DNA of 64,000 nt from Candidatus Methanoperedenaceae archaeon (GCA_963753595.1 CAVWCX010000037.1:18089-82088), one strand, 5' to 3'; shown: positions 18,878 to 30,486, counted from the first letter of the stretch. The notes: generated by a model not told the origin, from the sequence alone. Program-made: numbers and translations.

Positions 18878-19477
18878 CTAGCCAAGATAATTAAAATATA
18901 TCAATATAAGAACTACGATTTGCCCCATAAATCCTGAAAAAATTGGGATGAGGAGATTATCATCCAGCTGATCTGTAATCGTCTCAACGATCGTTGCCGT
19001 ACCTGCCATAACAAATATCGCGATCCAGCTTTGCAGAAAGATCGATCCGATAATAATATCGGCTATGAACTCAGCAGCACAACCCTCATAAGCCCTGTTT
19101 TTCAATCCTTTTATCCATGTACGCCCGAATGCCTTCCCGAAGATCGCGGCCGATGCATCCCCGAATGTGGTCATAAGGATGGCGGCAGAAGCGATCTCTT
19201 TTGAAAAAACCGAAACTGCGATTATGCTTCCAATCGTGAAAAATACATGTCCGCCCAGCCTGTCCGCTTCTTTTATCCTGAAAAGGGTATGTACTACAGG
19301 TAATCTGTGCCCGTGTTCTATCCGGAAATACTCAAGCCCAAGGATAACCACCAGATATACTATAAGTAAGAGAAGCACATTTTCTTTCCCATAATAATGG
19401 TAAGTCAGGACTATTATGATCGAGGTCAGATGTACTGCTTTTCTTTTAACTTCCTGGATAAGGTCTTGACGATTCAA
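18878..19477 (-). CDS. Dolichol/phytol kinase family protein
   Basis: EVKRKAVHL, FGDASAAIFGKAFG, DDNLLIP. Confidence 0.85.
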   Translation of the reverse strand: MNRQDLIQEVKRKAVHLTSIIIVLTYHYYGKENVLLLLIVYLVVILGLEYFRIEHGHRLPVVHTLFRIKEADRLGGHVFFTIGSIIAVSVFSKEIASAAILMTTFGDASAAIFGKAFGRTWIKGLKNRAYEGCAAEFIADIIIGSIFLQSWIAIFVMAGTATIVETITDQLDDNLLIPIFSGFMGQIVVLILIYFNYLG

Positions 19478-19530
19478 ATTTTCACTTTCCTTTTTCGCGC
19501 ATTTTGCCTATATCCATGATACCATACATA

Positions 19531-20568
19531 TCATCCTTTGCTTTGCCCTATGTGAAATAATCGCATTATAAATATGGATGCATATGCGATAAAAATGACA
19601 AAAAACAAATAGATGACCCTGTCCATCAGGGAAACTATGACGGCAATGGTTATTGGTATTCCAACCATTGAATAGATACCTATCATGATCAATTCTTTTA
19701 TTCCTAAACCTCCCGGAATTGGAATAATAGAGATTAACCCGAGGATAAGGGAAAGGGAAACGATGAGATCTGCAATTGTAATATCATATCCAACACTTTG
19801 AAAGATAATGTAGGTTTTAAAATAAATGAATGTAAACATGAGAACAGAAAGGCCAATATCTATTGATAGGATTTTTCTCTCTCTGATGATCGATCTGAAG
19901 GTTTTTTCAAATTCAACAATACCTGTTGTTACAAGTTCTTCAAATATTTGATATGACTCAAACCTGTTCCTGATGAATTTGAACAGTGAAAAATCATATG
20001 TTCTCTTGAGGGTCAAATAAAAGAACGGAACTATGGCAGACTTTTTGATCTTATGTTTAGAAAGATATGCAAAAAATGCCAGAAGGAACAAAATAAGTGC
20101 AATTGCTTCCAATAAAATTGACAGCCACCGGGGTATATCCAGGAACATGAATACAAAAAGTAAAGAAAAGATCATGGGGAAGGAAAATACAAAGCTGTTC
20201 GTTGTCTGGTCCATGACCACAGTGGCATACCAGTTCGCATGCCGTTGATCATTGGTTACATTTTTAAGGAACATCGCTCTTCCGAAACCGCCAAATGTCC
20301 TTGCGCGCAGTACATTGGTATTGAGGACATTTTCTCCCATAAGCCCCAGGAAAAGGATTGAAAATTTTACCGGCTTTAGCCTGTCCACAAGAAATTTCCA
20401 TTTTAAAGACCATATCAGGAATCCGCCCAGTTCCAGCAAAATTGCAAGAATCACCAGGTTCGGGTCTATTGATCGAAGAATTACGGCCAGCTCTTGATAA
20501 TCGATTACACTCAGTATTATAATTAATGTTAATAACCTGAAAATGAAGAGTATCTCGCCAAACTTCAT
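19531..20568 (-). CDS. Flippase-like / lysylphosphatidylglycerol synthase TM-domain protein (UPF0104)
   Basis: Multi-TM; IPIPGGLGIKE and SLMDR motifs. Confidence 0.82.
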   Translation of the reverse strand: MKFGEILFIFRLLTLIIILSVIDYQELAVILRSIDPNLVILAILLELGGFLIWSLKWKFLVDRLKPVKFSILFLGLMGENVLNTNVLRARTFGGFGRAMFLKNVTNDQRHANWYATVVMDQTTNSFVFSFPMIFSLLFVFMFLDIPRWLSILLEAIALILFLLAFFAYLSKHKIKKSAIVPFFYLTLKRTYDFSLFKFIRNRFESYQIFEELVTTGIVEFEKTFRSIIRERKILSIDIGLSVLMFTFIYFKTYIIFQSVGYDITIADLIVSLSLILGLISIIPIPGGLGIKELIMIGIYSMVGIPITIAVIVSLMDRVIYLFFVIFIAYASIFIMRLFHIGQSKG

Positions 20569-20639
20569 TCTTCCTTAATCGACATTGATAGATATATATA
20601 TATTTACCTTAATCACAATTGAAATAAAATATCGGAGGG

Positions 20640-22059
20640 ATGAGCTATTCGAAGATACGATGAAGATAGAAAAACAAAAACGTTTGTTTTGATTGCATTG
20701 GTCGGAGGACTAATATTAGGATTTGCTTCTGACTGGTTTATAACAGGCTGGTTGGCATCTTCACAATTATACATCATTGGAATTCCGAACGAGGTTGGTG
20801 TCGGGAAGCCCACCAATGTCACATTCATAACTTTTGGTAACGACAAAGCGGTAAGTAACGCCAGTGTAAATCTTGATGGGGCTGCATCAGGTGCAGGATT
20901 TACTGATAAGAACGGGATGTTGACTTTGACTGTCAATGCCACGTCAGGCGAAAGAGTCAATGTCACTGCGGGAAAAGCTGGTTACTATAATGCCACGTCA
21001 ACTATGATTGCCACACCAGAGCTTGTTATCGGCGCCAAACCCACATCATTGACATCAAATACGGCATCTTTTGTGACATTTTCCGTGAGCAGTACTGGAA
21101 AACCTGTTGGAGATGTTCTGGTGAATCTCTCTGGGGCGGGAATTTCACTTGACGGAGTTACAAACAGTAACGGTGAAATTGTTATACAAGTAAATCCTCC
21201 CAGGACAGGCACGATTTTGGCGGTCGCAAGAAAAATGAATTATACAGAAGGTTCGACCACTATAACATCCACCAGCCAGCAGACATTGAGTGTTTCTTCA
21301 AGTCATAGTGCAGTGACGGTAAATGTTCCGATGTATGTCACATTCACAGTTACAGCCGCAGGTTCAACTGTTCCTGATGCCCTTGTAAGCTTAAGCGGCA
21401 CTGCATCTGGAAGCGGGATAACGAACCAGGACGGAAAAGCCATTATACTTGTGACACCCGGGACAGCAGGCACAATTACGGTATCAGTAAGCAGGACAGG
21501 CTATGCAGGGGGCTCTGCTACTATCACCTCGACCGGCATACAATCATTGTCCATAGCATCAAATCCTACAACAGTCACAGCAGGAGTTCCTGCTTTTGTT
21601 ACTTTCACAGTGACAAGCGGTAGTAATGCTGTTGCTGAATCAACAGTCACGCTTACAGGCGCTGTTAGCGGAAGCGGGATCACCAACCAGAACGGCCAGG
21701 TCATATTATTTGTTAATTCAACAAGTACCGGTGGAATTACTGCTACTGCAACAAAGAATGGATTCTCCACCGGAAGCATGAGCCTTGGTGTGTCAGGCCA
21801 GCAATCGCTTGCTATTACCGCAAGCCCATCCAGTCTAACCAACGGGGTAACCACTTATGTTACTTTTACGGTTACAAGCGCAGGTTCTGCGGTAAGCGGG
21901 GCAACAGTTGCCGTTTCAGGAGGCGGTATCAGCACAGACGGCTTAACAAATTCTGCAGGCCAGGTAACATTGTCGCTAAATGCTGCAACACAGGGAACTA
22001 TAAGTGTGACGACCCGGAAAACCGGATATGTTGATGGGCTTACAACAATAGCCCATTGA
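20640..22059 (+). CDS. Membrane-anchored surface protein with five Ig-like/carboxypeptidase-regulatory-like repeats
   Basis: About 87-aa repeats (VTFTVT...V..A.V.LSG..SGSG.TN..G...I.V.A.K.GY); SD-preceded ATG 20640 is 1 nt out of frame with the ORF. Confidence 0.75.
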
Positions 22060-22066
22060 TTTTTTT

Positions 22067-22675
22067 ATGCTTGAAAATATCACGCGATTAATGGAAAAAG
22101 GAAATCCTGTAAGTATTCTTATTTCCAATGAAAAGGGCACGCAAAGTCCACTTTTATATTGTGAATTGGTACATAAAGCAAGGTTTGGTGAAATTTTTAC
22201 AATCAAAAGTCAGGAGTGCAGGGTTTGTGAATATGTTTTCTGCAATACACAAAACTCACCAGGGGATTATTATAACAGTACTGGCAGGTACAAGGACAAG
22301 AAGGCTGCATCAAATGCTGTTTCTTCATTAAAAAGGTTTGAAATCAAGGGACGTTCAATACGGATAACGCCTTTTACGGGAGAAAAATTCGATGTCCTTA
22401 TCCTTTACCTGACCCCTTCCAGGGCGATGAGGATAATCCAGGCTTATGCATATCTTGAGGGTAAACAGGTTGAGATCAATACGGGGGGTATAGCATCAAT
22501 TTGCAGCGATTGTACTGCATATCCATTGCGGGGAAAATTAAGTTTCTCTATGGGATGCAAAGGTTCAAGGAAGCATAGCAAATATGGAGATGATGAGGTC
22601 ATTGTAGGGATCCCTTTTGAATTGGCAAAAGATATCGATGAAGCTCTTGGAAAAATCCCTGAGACTCTTTCATGA
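22067..22675 (+). CDS. DUF169 family protein
   Basis: YCELV..AR.GE, SICSD, SMGCKGSRK, EVIVGIP. Confidence 0.85.
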   Translation: MLENITRLMEKGNPVSILISNEKGTQSPLLYCELVHKARFGEIFTIKSQECRVCEYVFCNTQNSPGDYYNSTGRYKDKKAASNAVSSLKRFEIKGRSIRITPFTGEKFDVLILYLTPSRAMRIIQAYAYLEGKQVEINTGGIASICSDCTAYPLRGKLSFSMGCKGSRKHSKYGDDEVIVGIPFELAKDIDEALGKIPETLS

Positions 22676-22720
22676 ATTGATACGTAACCTAAATAATACC
22701 AGGACACTTATCACAGTTCC

Positions 22721-22975
22721 ATGGAAGTCCTTGCAGAGTTTGAATTCAATGCCGGTAATGTTACCCGCATAATCTATGAAGCATTACTTCCAGAACTTGA
22801 CCAGGATTACCAGCGCACCAGGACATCACTTGTGCTAAAGGGCGATGCGCTTGTTTTAAAAGTTGAGGCAAATGACACAGTTTCGATGAGGGCTGCCTTG
22901 AATGGGTGGCTGCGGCTTATAAAAATCACATACGAGATGTGTTCTTTAACCTCAGATACACAAGTTATAAATTGA
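22721..22975 (+). CDS. pcc1: KEOPS complex subunit Pcc1
   Basis: IYEALLPE and A.DTVSMRAALNGWLRLI; conserved position before pfdB. Confidence 0.88.
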   Translation: MEVLAEFEFNAGNVTRIIYEALLPELDQDYQRTRTSLVLKGDALVLKVEANDTVSMRAALNGWLRLIKITYEMCSLTSDTQVIN

Positions 22976-23013
22976 GGATATACAATACTACACCAGATTT
23001 ACAGGTGAATTAC

Positions 23014-23370
23014 ATGAGTTCAGAATTACCCCCACAAATTCAAAACCAGGTTGCACAGTTGCAGCAGATACAGCAGCAGGCTCAAGCCCTGGCCGCCCAG
23101 AAGAACCAGATCGAGATCAATTTAAAAGAAACAGAACTGGCTTTAGCAGAAATTGAAAAACTCGATGATAGTGCTGTAGTCTACAGGGCTATCGGAGATT
23201 TGCTCATTAAAACCGAACTTGAAAAAACGAAAAATGCCCTCGTTGAGAAAAAAGATACGCTTGGCCTGCGCGCAGAGACCATTGCACGGCAGGAAGAACG
23301 CATCCAGAAAAGGTTCCAGCAATTACAGGAGCAGCTTAAACAGGCTATCGGTAATCCGGTCGCCAAGTAA
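23014..23370 (+). CDS. pfdB: Prefoldin beta subunit
   Basis: ELPPQIQNQVAQLQQIQQQ, VYRAIGDLLIK; AGGTGA SD before ATG 23014. Confidence 0.95.
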   Translation: MSSELPPQIQNQVAQLQQIQQQAQALAAQKNQIEINLKETELALAEIEKLDDSAVVYRAIGDLLIKTELEKTKNALVEKKDTLGLRAETIARQEERIQKRFQQLQEQLKQAIGNPVAK

Positions 23371-23372
23371 TT

Positions 23373-24323
23373 ATGGAGTTAGACGAATCTGAATTCTATA
23401 ATCAACTGCTGGATTACAACAACATTCTTTATTTATGTCACAGGAACGCGGATCCTGATGCCCTGGGAAGCGCATTTGCGTTAAAAGAAGCGATCGGGGG
23501 AACCATTGGGGTTGTTGACGGATGCGACAGGGTTGCATCCCAGATCGCCGGCCAGTTGAATATAGAATATGTACTTTCACCAAAGGGGGACTTTGACTTT
23601 GTGGTGGTTGTGGATACATCCACGCCTGCCCAGCTGAATGGGTTTCCATTAAAGTCTTATGCTGTTATTGACCATCATGCGACCTCATCACTTTCTGATA
23701 ATTCAGCTTTTTATCTTCACCGCAATAAAAGTTCAACTGCCGAGATCGTTCTTGAAGTATTAAAAAAAATGGGCGCGCCCATTATGCGGCGAACTGCTTT
23801 TGCCCTGCTATCAGGAATTATAACAGATACAGGTAACTTCAGGCATGCAAACTCTGATTCATTCAAAGCCGTTGCTGAACTTATGGATCTTAGTGGCATA
23901 GAGTACAATGAAGTTATTGATCTTCTCTCTTCAGTTCCGCAGGACGTGTCAATGAGAATTGCCTTCTTAAAAGCAGCTCAGCGCTCGATCATAGAACGAG
24001 TGGATGACTGGATAATCGTTTCATCGCATGTGAATTCTTTCGGGGGTGCAGCGGCCTCAAGTCTAGTCTCAATAGGCGCAGACGTTGCATTTGTAGGTGC
24101 AAAAAGGGATGATGTTGTAAAAGTGAGCGGCAGGGCAAGAAGGGAAATACAGAATGCGGGCATAAACCTTGCAAAATTGATGGAAGATATCAGCGCCAAA
24201 TTCAATGGGACTGGCGGCGGTCATGAAGGCGCAGCCGGAATGGACGCATCAGGGGATGTAGAAACCATTCTCACAGCATGTGTTGGGTATGCAAGAGATT
24301 CAATTACAAAAAAAGAGCATTAA
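23373..24323 (+). CDS. DHH/DHHA1 phosphoesterase
   Basis: HRNADPDA, VVD, IDHH, GIITDTG, GGGH. Confidence 0.92.
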   Translation: MELDESEFYNQLLDYNNILYLCHRNADPDALGSAFALKEAIGGTIGVVDGCDRVASQIAGQLNIEYVLSPKGDFDFVVVVDTSTPAQLNGFPLKSYAVIDHHATSSLSDNSAFYLHRNKSSTAEIVLEVLKKMGAPIMRRTAFALLSGIITDTGNFRHANSDSFKAVAELMDLSGIEYNEVIDLLSSVPQDVSMRIAFLKAAQRSIIERVDDWIIVSSHVNSFGGAAASSLVSIGADVAFVGAKRDDVVKVSGRARREIQNAGINLAKLMEDISAKFNGTGGGHEGAAGMDASGDVETILTACVGYARDSITKKEH

Positions 24324-24335
24324 TAGGATTTGATC

Positions 24336-24701
24336 TCAATCCTCTTCATTATCTTCTTCATCTTCATCTTTTCCCGCTTCAAGCAGCAATTCGCCATATA
24401 TTAATTTTTCAATGATCTGGGAAACAAAAAGACGCTTATGGTATTTTTCGATGTCTTCATTCAGGTGAAGCTGCGAATCGATCTGTACCCTTAGCAATAC
24501 GAACCTGAATTTTTCAAGGTCTTCGATTTCCAGAGATTTTATGATCTCCAGAAAATATGGCAATTTATCAGGCTCATCCACGACTTGCGCTATGACCAGA
24601 ATATTATCATGGATTTTTTCAATATCCACTTCCACCTGGCCTGTAAGAAGTCCTAATGTTTTCAATGAATATTTTATATCCTTAAAAAAAATAATATCCA
24701 T
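24336..24701 (-). CDS. Hypothetical protein with acidic tail
   Basis: Fills the gap between DHH gene and trmI; plausible composition. Confidence 0.6.
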   Translation of the reverse strand: MDIIFFKDIKYSLKTLGLLTGQVEVDIEKIHDNILVIAQVVDEPDKLPYFLEIIKSLEIEDLEKFRFVLLRVQIDSQLHLNEDIEKYHKRLFVSQIIEKLIYGELLLEAGKDEDEEDNEED

Positions 24702-24754
24702 AATAACCACGTATTCTATATCTAATAAGTCCTATATTACCCCAGCGGAGAAAA

Positions 24755-25498
24755 ATGGACACACCCGTAATCTTAAAAATATTCCACAAAGGAAAGATGA
24801 AAGAGTATTTTGTTAAGCCTGAGGGCGAAATGCATACTGATCTTGGGATAATAAAACTTGATGAACTTAAAACGAAAAACTTTGGAGATAAAATAAATTC
24901 CCATCTGGGCGCGGAATTTGTCATCCAGAAACCCCGGGCGCCTGATTTTTTTATTCATGCCAAACGCAGCGGGGCTCCCATGATGCCAAAAGATATCGGA
25001 GTAATTATTTCAAACACGGGTCTTTGTTCCTCGGATCATGTACTTGATGCGGGAACAGGTTCCGGGATACTTGCAATATATCTTGGCGGTATTGCAAAAA
25101 AGGTAATAACGTATGAAGTGAGAGAGGAATTCGTGGAAATAGCGCGGAATAATATTGCCCTCACAGGACTGTTGAACATAGAATGCCGGCATGGAGATAT
25201 TGTTGAAGAGATCCGTAAATTGGATGAAAGATTTGATGTTATAACACTTGATACTATTGCCGCTGCCCGGGTGATCCCATATGTCCCTGATGTCATTTAT
25301 CCAGGTGGTTTCCTTGTCACATATTCACCTTTTTTCGAGCAGGCAAAAGAGATCCGGGAAGCCATTGGAAAAACGAATTATATAGATGTCATGACGATAG
25401 AGACCCTGGAACGCGAGATATCCTTCACGGACAGGGGAACACGGCCTGCAACCGCCAGGGTAGGCCACACAGGTTTTATTACAATAGCCAGATATTGA
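24755..25498 (+). CDS. trmI: tRNA (adenine-N1)-methyltransferase TrmI
   Basis: MMPKDIG, VLDAGTGSG, YSPFFEQ, TRP...VGHTGF. Confidence 0.9.
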   Translation: MDTPVILKIFHKGKMKEYFVKPEGEMHTDLGIIKLDELKTKNFGDKINSHLGAEFVIQKPRAPDFFIHAKRSGAPMMPKDIGVIISNTGLCSSDHVLDAGTGSGILAIYLGGIAKKVITYEVREEFVEIARNNIALTGLLNIECRHGDIVEEIRKLDERFDVITLDTIAAARVIPYVPDVIYPGGFLVTYSPFFEQAKEIREAIGKTNYIDVMTIETLEREISFTDRGTRPATARVGHTGFITIARY

Positions 25499-25797
25499 TC
25501 ATTATTTTTGTAATCAAAAGATTTTTTATGTTTATAATATAAAGATAATACCAGATGAAATAGAAAAAACTGAAATAAATAATAATAAAGTTTAAAAACC
25601 CATTAAAACCCAAATATTATTGAAGTGTTTATAATAATATCTATTGTATATAAATAATAGGGGACCCGTTCCTATTGGATTATTACATCCGGCCAGGATA
25701 ATTGTTTTTTTTGATAGCTCCTCTGCCACTACATTTCAAATCGAAAAACTAAATAGAACAGTAAATCTTAATACCTATGTTATTGTTCATGTAAAGG

Positions 25798-26931
25798 ATG
25801 AGACTTGTCTTTATCTGCATATTTTTGATATTAGGAGCAAATATAGCAGCAGCGCAGTCTATAATAACAGTTGATGTTAACGAAAGTGGAGATGCGGTAT
25901 GGACCATGGAAAAGTTTTTCCCTCTTTCACAATCAGATTTAGGTCAATGGGAGAGTGCAATAAAGACGGGCCAGAACATGTCCAAATATCGAAATATATC
26001 TGAATATGAGGTTATTATCAAATCATTTCAGGATTCGGCAATCAATTTCTCAAACCGCACAATGGAAGTTGAAAATTTCAGTATTACATACGATACGAGA
26101 AAAACACTTTCAGATGGGCTTGGAATAATAAGATATACTTTCAAATGGAAAAATTTTTCATACAATGATTCAGAAAAAATATTTATAGGCGATGCCTTTC
26201 CGGGCAATGTACTCCTCCTATCGCCTGATAACCAGCTTATAATCAAAATACCTGAAGGATATGAAGCAACAAATGCAACACCTGAATATGATAAAAAAAA
26301 TGGGAACTTGTTGATATGGGATGGGACTTTATATAACAATTTCAGCAACGGAGAACCATTTATTGTCCTCTCCCGCCAGAACCTGACCGTATCAAGTACA
26401 GGAAATGAAATTGAATCATGGATAGCAAAATGGCATATTTTGGAGATAGTCATATTTTTCATCTCTATTATAGCAGTAGCGGCTTTTTTTAGATTATGGA
26501 AAAAAAAGCGTTCAGGAACTGTATCCACAGCAGAAATGGTATCTCAGATGCCAAAAGAGATGCTTCATGAAATTTCTGAAATCCCTGAAGTATGGACAAA
26601 AATTGTTACTTCTGTCCAGAATGAATTTGGAAATGAATCCATTGAAGAATTGGAGAAGGCAGCAAGAGAACAAAGAATGAAAAACATGGGGCTTAATCCC
26701 AATATTCCACTTTCCGAATTGGCAAAAGAAGATCTGGAAGATGAGGAGATGGTAAAACAATTCCTTCTCAGGTCCGGCGGGCAGGCATATCAAACTGATA
26801 TTGTTGAACACAGCGGACTATCAAAATCCAAGATCAGCATGGTTCTTTCCAAAATGAAAGACGATGGCATGATAATAAAGATAAGAAAGGGCAAAGAGAA
26901 CCTGATAAGGCTGGTTAATCATCAAGTATAA
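25798..26931 (+). CDS. Membrane-anchored transcriptional regulator (signal peptide, extracellular domain, TM, C-terminal wHTH)
   Basis: C-terminal GGQAYQTDIVEHSGLSKSKISMVLSKMKDDGMIIKIRKGKENLI. Confidence 0.78.
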   Translation: MRLVFICIFLILGANIAAAQSIITVDVNESGDAVWTMEKFFPLSQSDLGQWESAIKTGQNMSKYRNISEYEVIIKSFQDSAINFSNRTMEVENFSITYDTRKTLSDGLGIIRYTFKWKNFSYNDSEKIFIGDAFPGNVLLLSPDNQLIIKIPEGYEATNATPEYDKKNGNLLIWDGTLYNNFSNGEPFIVLSRQNLTVSSTGNEIESWIAKWHILEIVIFFISIIAVAAFFRLWKKKRSGTVSTAEMVSQMPKEMLHEISEIPEVWTKIVTSVQNEFGNESIEELEKAAREQRMKNMGLNPNIPLSELAKEDLEDEEMVKQFLLRSGGQAYQTDIVEHSGLSKSKISMVLSKMKDDGMIIKIRKGKENLIRLVNHQV

Positions 26932-26940
26932 ATGGAAATT

Positions 26941-27360
26941 ATGAAAATATTCTTTGCTGGTTCCATCAGGGGAGGGCGGGGTATGCTGCCGGTGTACATC
27001 CGGATAATAGAAATGCTCAAAATGCAGGGACATACGGTCGTTAGCGAACATGTAGCGTCTGAAGTTCTTGAGGAAATTGAAGCAAAAATAACTGATGAAG
27101 AAATATTCGATAACGATACAGGATATATTGACGAGTGCGAATGTCTGGTGGCTGAGGTAACGATCCCCTCGATCGGTGTTGGTTATGAGATAGGTTATGC
27201 GGTTATGCAAGGCAAACAAGTTCTTTGCATTTACAGGGAGGATGCGAATATTTCAGCAATGGTGCGGGGGAACAGGCGGATCATATCGGTTCCATATAAG
27301 AATATGGAGGAATTGGAACATATCTTCACTACGTATATGCAATTAAAAATCAAACAATGA
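26941..27360 (+). CDS. Nucleoside 2-deoxyribosyltransferase / DNPH1-like hydrolase
   Basis: KIFFAGSIRGG, AEVTIPSIGVGYEIG, SAMVRG. Confidence 0.88.
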   Translation: MKIFFAGSIRGGRGMLPVYIRIIEMLKMQGHTVVSEHVASEVLEEIEAKITDEEIFDNDTGYIDECECLVAEVTIPSIGVGYEIGYAVMQGKQVLCIYREDANISAMVRGNRRIISVPYKNMEELEHIFTTYMQLKIKQ

Positions 27361-28785
27361 GCTTTGGGCTTTGCTTTCCTTCTTGACAGGTTCCGGTTCT
27401 TTCTTTCCTGGTTCTTGATTTTCTGATTTTTTGTTTTCCGATCCAGGATCTTGATTTTTCTGTACACTTACCCCGAATCCTCCAAACAGTTCAACCTCAT
27501 GCTCCGTTTCTTTTTCAATCAAAAGTTGTGCGCTTTCATATATTTTCTGGACCTTCTTTGTAACAGTCTTTGATTCGATTAGATATGCAATTTCTTCAGG
27601 TTCAAGTCCTAATAAAGCGCTGACCCGGGGAGCGTATTCGTCATCTTTCATCAGGGTCATGAAAAACGGGAACAACTGTGAACGGGTAAAACTCATGGAA
27701 ATATGGCAATGTGTGCCAATTTTTTTTGCAGTAGAATCCCGGACCCCCCTCATCCCTTTTGTCTGCCCGAGCTTTCTCCATAAAGACGGCGGCTGGTATT
27801 TTACAAATCCGCTGTAGCGATGGGTTCTTGCGACCATGACACCGGAGGTCATAAGTACGCTGGCGTATCTCCACATATTGTAATTCTGCCTTATTTTCAC
27901 CCTCCCGAGAAAAACCGTTGCTTTTCCAAGATAATGATACCCCTGGGCAAGGTCATTTGGCGAGGTATATTCAAGAGGAAGATTCTCATCCATCCACTGT
28001 ATCAGATCATCCGGGTTCTCATCAAGATGATATGCTGCATCATGAGCCTGCCTAATATTTGTGCTTTTAAAGATTTTTCCAAGAAACTTAAAGATGTTTT
28101 CCTTATTATCCCTTTCACCGGTAATTATATCCTCGACCTGGATCGAGGGCTTACCCTGGGCGATAGCCTGGAGGTCATTTATCGCGCTTCGGATATCACC
28201 ATTCGCATTTTCAGCTATTTTCTCAATAACTCCCAGTGCGCATTTTATTCCTTCAGCCTCAACGATTTTCTTTAGCGCCGGGATCATGGAACGCGACATC
28301 ACGGAATTGAATTGGACGGGTTTACAGGCAGTTCTAAGGCCCGGAGACATATCATAAAGTTCATTTGCTATAAGAATGATGGGCTGGCTTGTTTTCTTGA
28401 TCAGTTCCACAATTGCCCGTTCACCTCCCCGGTCAGCTGTGCCGTGTATGTTGTCTGCTTCGTCCATGATGATAAGCCGTTTTATTCCGCTTCCATCCAG
28501 TGTCCCCATCCTGGAAGCTGACCCTGCAACCCTGTCTATGACATCCGCTGTGCGCTGGTCGCTTGCATTTAGCTCAATGACTTCCCAGCCCATCTCCCTG
28601 GCAAGAGCATGAGCTGTTGTAGTTTTACCTATTCCTGCCCTTCCATATAACACAACAGCCCTGTTTTCCGGAATTCCGCGCATCCAGGACTCGGCCCATG
28701 CTTTTAGCTCCTCTACGGGCTTAGTGTGTCCTACAACGGCAGATAAGGTCTTTGGGCGGTATTTTTCAGTCCAGTCAAGGGTCAT
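27343..28785 (-). CDS. rfcL: Replication factor C large subunit
   Basis: WTEKYRP, GIGKTT, ELNASDQR, GDIRSAINDLQ, Q.SLFDF PIP box. Confidence 0.96.
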   Translation of the reverse strand: MTLDWTEKYRPKTLSAVVGHTKPVEELKAWAESWMRGIPENRAVVLYGRAGIGKTTTAHALAREMGWEVIELNASDQRTADVIDRVAGSASRMGTLDGSGIKRLIIMDEADNIHGTADRGGERAIVELIKKTSQPIILIANELYDMSPGLRTACKPVQFNSVMSRSMIPALKKIVEAEGIKCALGVIEKIAENANGDIRSAINDLQAIAQGKPSIQVEDIITGERDNKENIFKFLGKIFKSTNIRQAHDAAYHLDENPDDLIQWMDENLPLEYTSPNDLAQGYHYLGKATVFLGRVKIRQNYNMWRYASVLMTSGVMVARTHRYSGFVKYQPPSLWRKLGQTKGMRGVRDSTAKKIGTHCHISMSFTRSQLFPFFMTLMKDDEYAPRVSALLGLEPEEIAYLIESKTVTKKVQKIYESAQLLIEKETEHEVELFGGFGVSVQKNQDPGSENKKSENQEPGKKEPEPVKKESKAQSSLFDF

Positions 28786-28836
28786 TGTTTACCTGTAGTT
28801 CAACTTATATTGCTTAAATACATATCTCTCATCAGA

Positions 28837-29925
28837 ATGAGACTTAATCTTATCCAGCTTTTTATTAATTCTTCCATAATGATGTCAAATCTATTTATCC
28901 CGATATTTGCAAGTGAATTACATGCAACAGGTACACAAATCGGTATAATAGGTGCCTGTTACGGGGCAGCGCTTTTTATTTCAACGTATATATTCAGCAG
29001 GGCGGCTGATATCTATCCTCCAAAAACCCTTTTATATATCGGTTTTGTAAGTTCATCCATAACTTTTTTTGTCCAGATGTTTGCATACGACCCGGCCAGC
29101 CTTGCAATTTTACGCGCTCTGGCAGGATTTAGCGCCGGTATTTATCCGGCAGTCCTTTTGCTATATGTTTATAACCTGAAGCGAAGCATCGGGAAATTCA
29201 GTTCATTCATGCCTCTTGGCTGGGCGCTTGGTAATCTGATGGCAGGAATAATAGCTGTCTATTCAGAGATTTTCACATTAGCTTCTCTTTTGTTTGCCGC
29301 ATCGTTCCTGATTACATTAACGCTTCCTGCGACCCAGCCGCCCTTTACAAAAAAGAAAACGGATTTTTTCTCATTTGACCTCCTGAAAAAAAACTGGAAT
29401 ATTTATTTTCCATTTTTCATGCGACAAATTGGAGCAAATGCTGTCTGGTTGATTTTCCCTTTATATCTTGCAAGCCTTGGCGCAAATAAATTCTGGATAG
29501 GAATAATATATATGTTGAATCCTTCGCTTCAATTCTTTATCATGAGACGGCTTGACAGATATGAAAATAAGTTCCTTGTTCATGCAGGCGATCTTCTTTC
29601 TGCGGCGGCTTTTCTTGCTTTGATACCATTAACCATTTTTTACCAGGCTGTTATTGGCCTTGCCCTGATCGCTTTTTCATATTCATTTCTTTATGTTGGT
29701 TCAACGAACGAGTTAATAAAAAATAATGAAGAAAAAGGAGCTGCTGCCGGACTTCTCAATTCATCCATAGCCCTTGCTTCGATCATAGGTTCATTCATGG
29801 GGGGCATCGTCCTTCAATATTACGGTTTCAGGGCTGTTATGGCAACAGGTGCTTTTTTTGCAATAATTGGTTATGTTGTCATGTTAATAAATGACAGGTC
29901 TCACATACCTCAAAAAAGTTCATGA
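28837..29925 (+). CDS. MFS transporter
   Basis: About 12 hydrophobic segments, MFS-like loops. Confidence 0.82.
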   Translation: MRLNLIQLFINSSIMMSNLFIPIFASELHATGTQIGIIGACYGAALFISTYIFSRAADIYPPKTLLYIGFVSSSITFFVQMFAYDPASLAILRALAGFSAGIYPAVLLLYVYNLKRSIGKFSSFMPLGWALGNLMAGIIAVYSEIFTLASLLFAASFLITLTLPATQPPFTKKKTDFFSFDLLKKNWNIYFPFFMRQIGANAVWLIFPLYLASLGANKFWIGIIYMLNPSLQFFIMRRLDRYENKFLVHAGDLLSAAAFLALIPLTIFYQAVIGLALIAFSYSFLYVGSTNELIKNNEEKGAAAGLLNSSIALASIIGSFMGGIVLQYYGFRAVMATGAFFAIIGYVVMLINDRSHIPQKSS

Positions 29926-30454
29926 GAAGCTCATTTCCTTTTTCAGTATGAGAGACTTCAGGATGCCACTGGACGCCATATAAGGGCTTTGTCGTGTGTT
30001 TCATAGCTTCTACTTCACATATCTGCGAACGCGCAAGCCTGATAAAATCAGGCGGAAGCATAGATACTTCATCTGCATGGGATGCCCATACGTTAGTCTT
30101 TGGCCCAAGTCCTTTTAAGATATCGTTTTCCTCAATGATCTCTATTTCAATTGCAGCATATCCACCCGCAGCGCCTGTTCTCACTGCTCCGCCGTAAGTC
30201 TTGGCCATAACCTGGTGACCCAGGCAAATGCCAAGTATGGGAAGGTCAAGATCTTTGACATACATGCTGCAATTTCCTGCGCGTTCAAGTGTCGGGCCTC
30301 CGCTGAGTATCAATCCGTCCGGTTCTTTTTCAAGGATCTCATCTATGGAAGAAGTATTTTTCATCAGCTCTACTTCCTGGTCAAGATCGCGTACGGCACG
30401 ATGTATCAGGTGGCAGGTCTGGCCATAGTTATTGATGACGATGATTTTTACCAT
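29879..30454 (-). CDS. guaAA: GMP synthase subunit A (glutamine amidotransferase)
   Basis: [29 protein letters not shown]. Confidence 0.93.
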   Translation of the reverse strand: MVKIIVINNYGQTCHLIHRAVRDLDQEVELMKNTSSIDEILEKEPDGLILSGGPTLERAGNCSMYVKDLDLPILGICLGHQVMAKTYGGAVRTGAAGGYAAIEIEIIEENDILKGLGPKTNVWASHADEVSMLPPDFIRLARSQICEVEAMKHTTKPLYGVQWHPEVSHTEKGNELLMNFFEVCETCHLLT

Positions 30455-30486
30455 TTCATGTGAAATTGTTTTTTGGTTTTAAAAAT

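Noticed and set aside
25590-25712. TAAAACCCA direct repeats and small hairpins upstream of the membrane-anchored regulator
   Set aside because: Stems are short and AT-rich; not enough support for an sRNA or operator call
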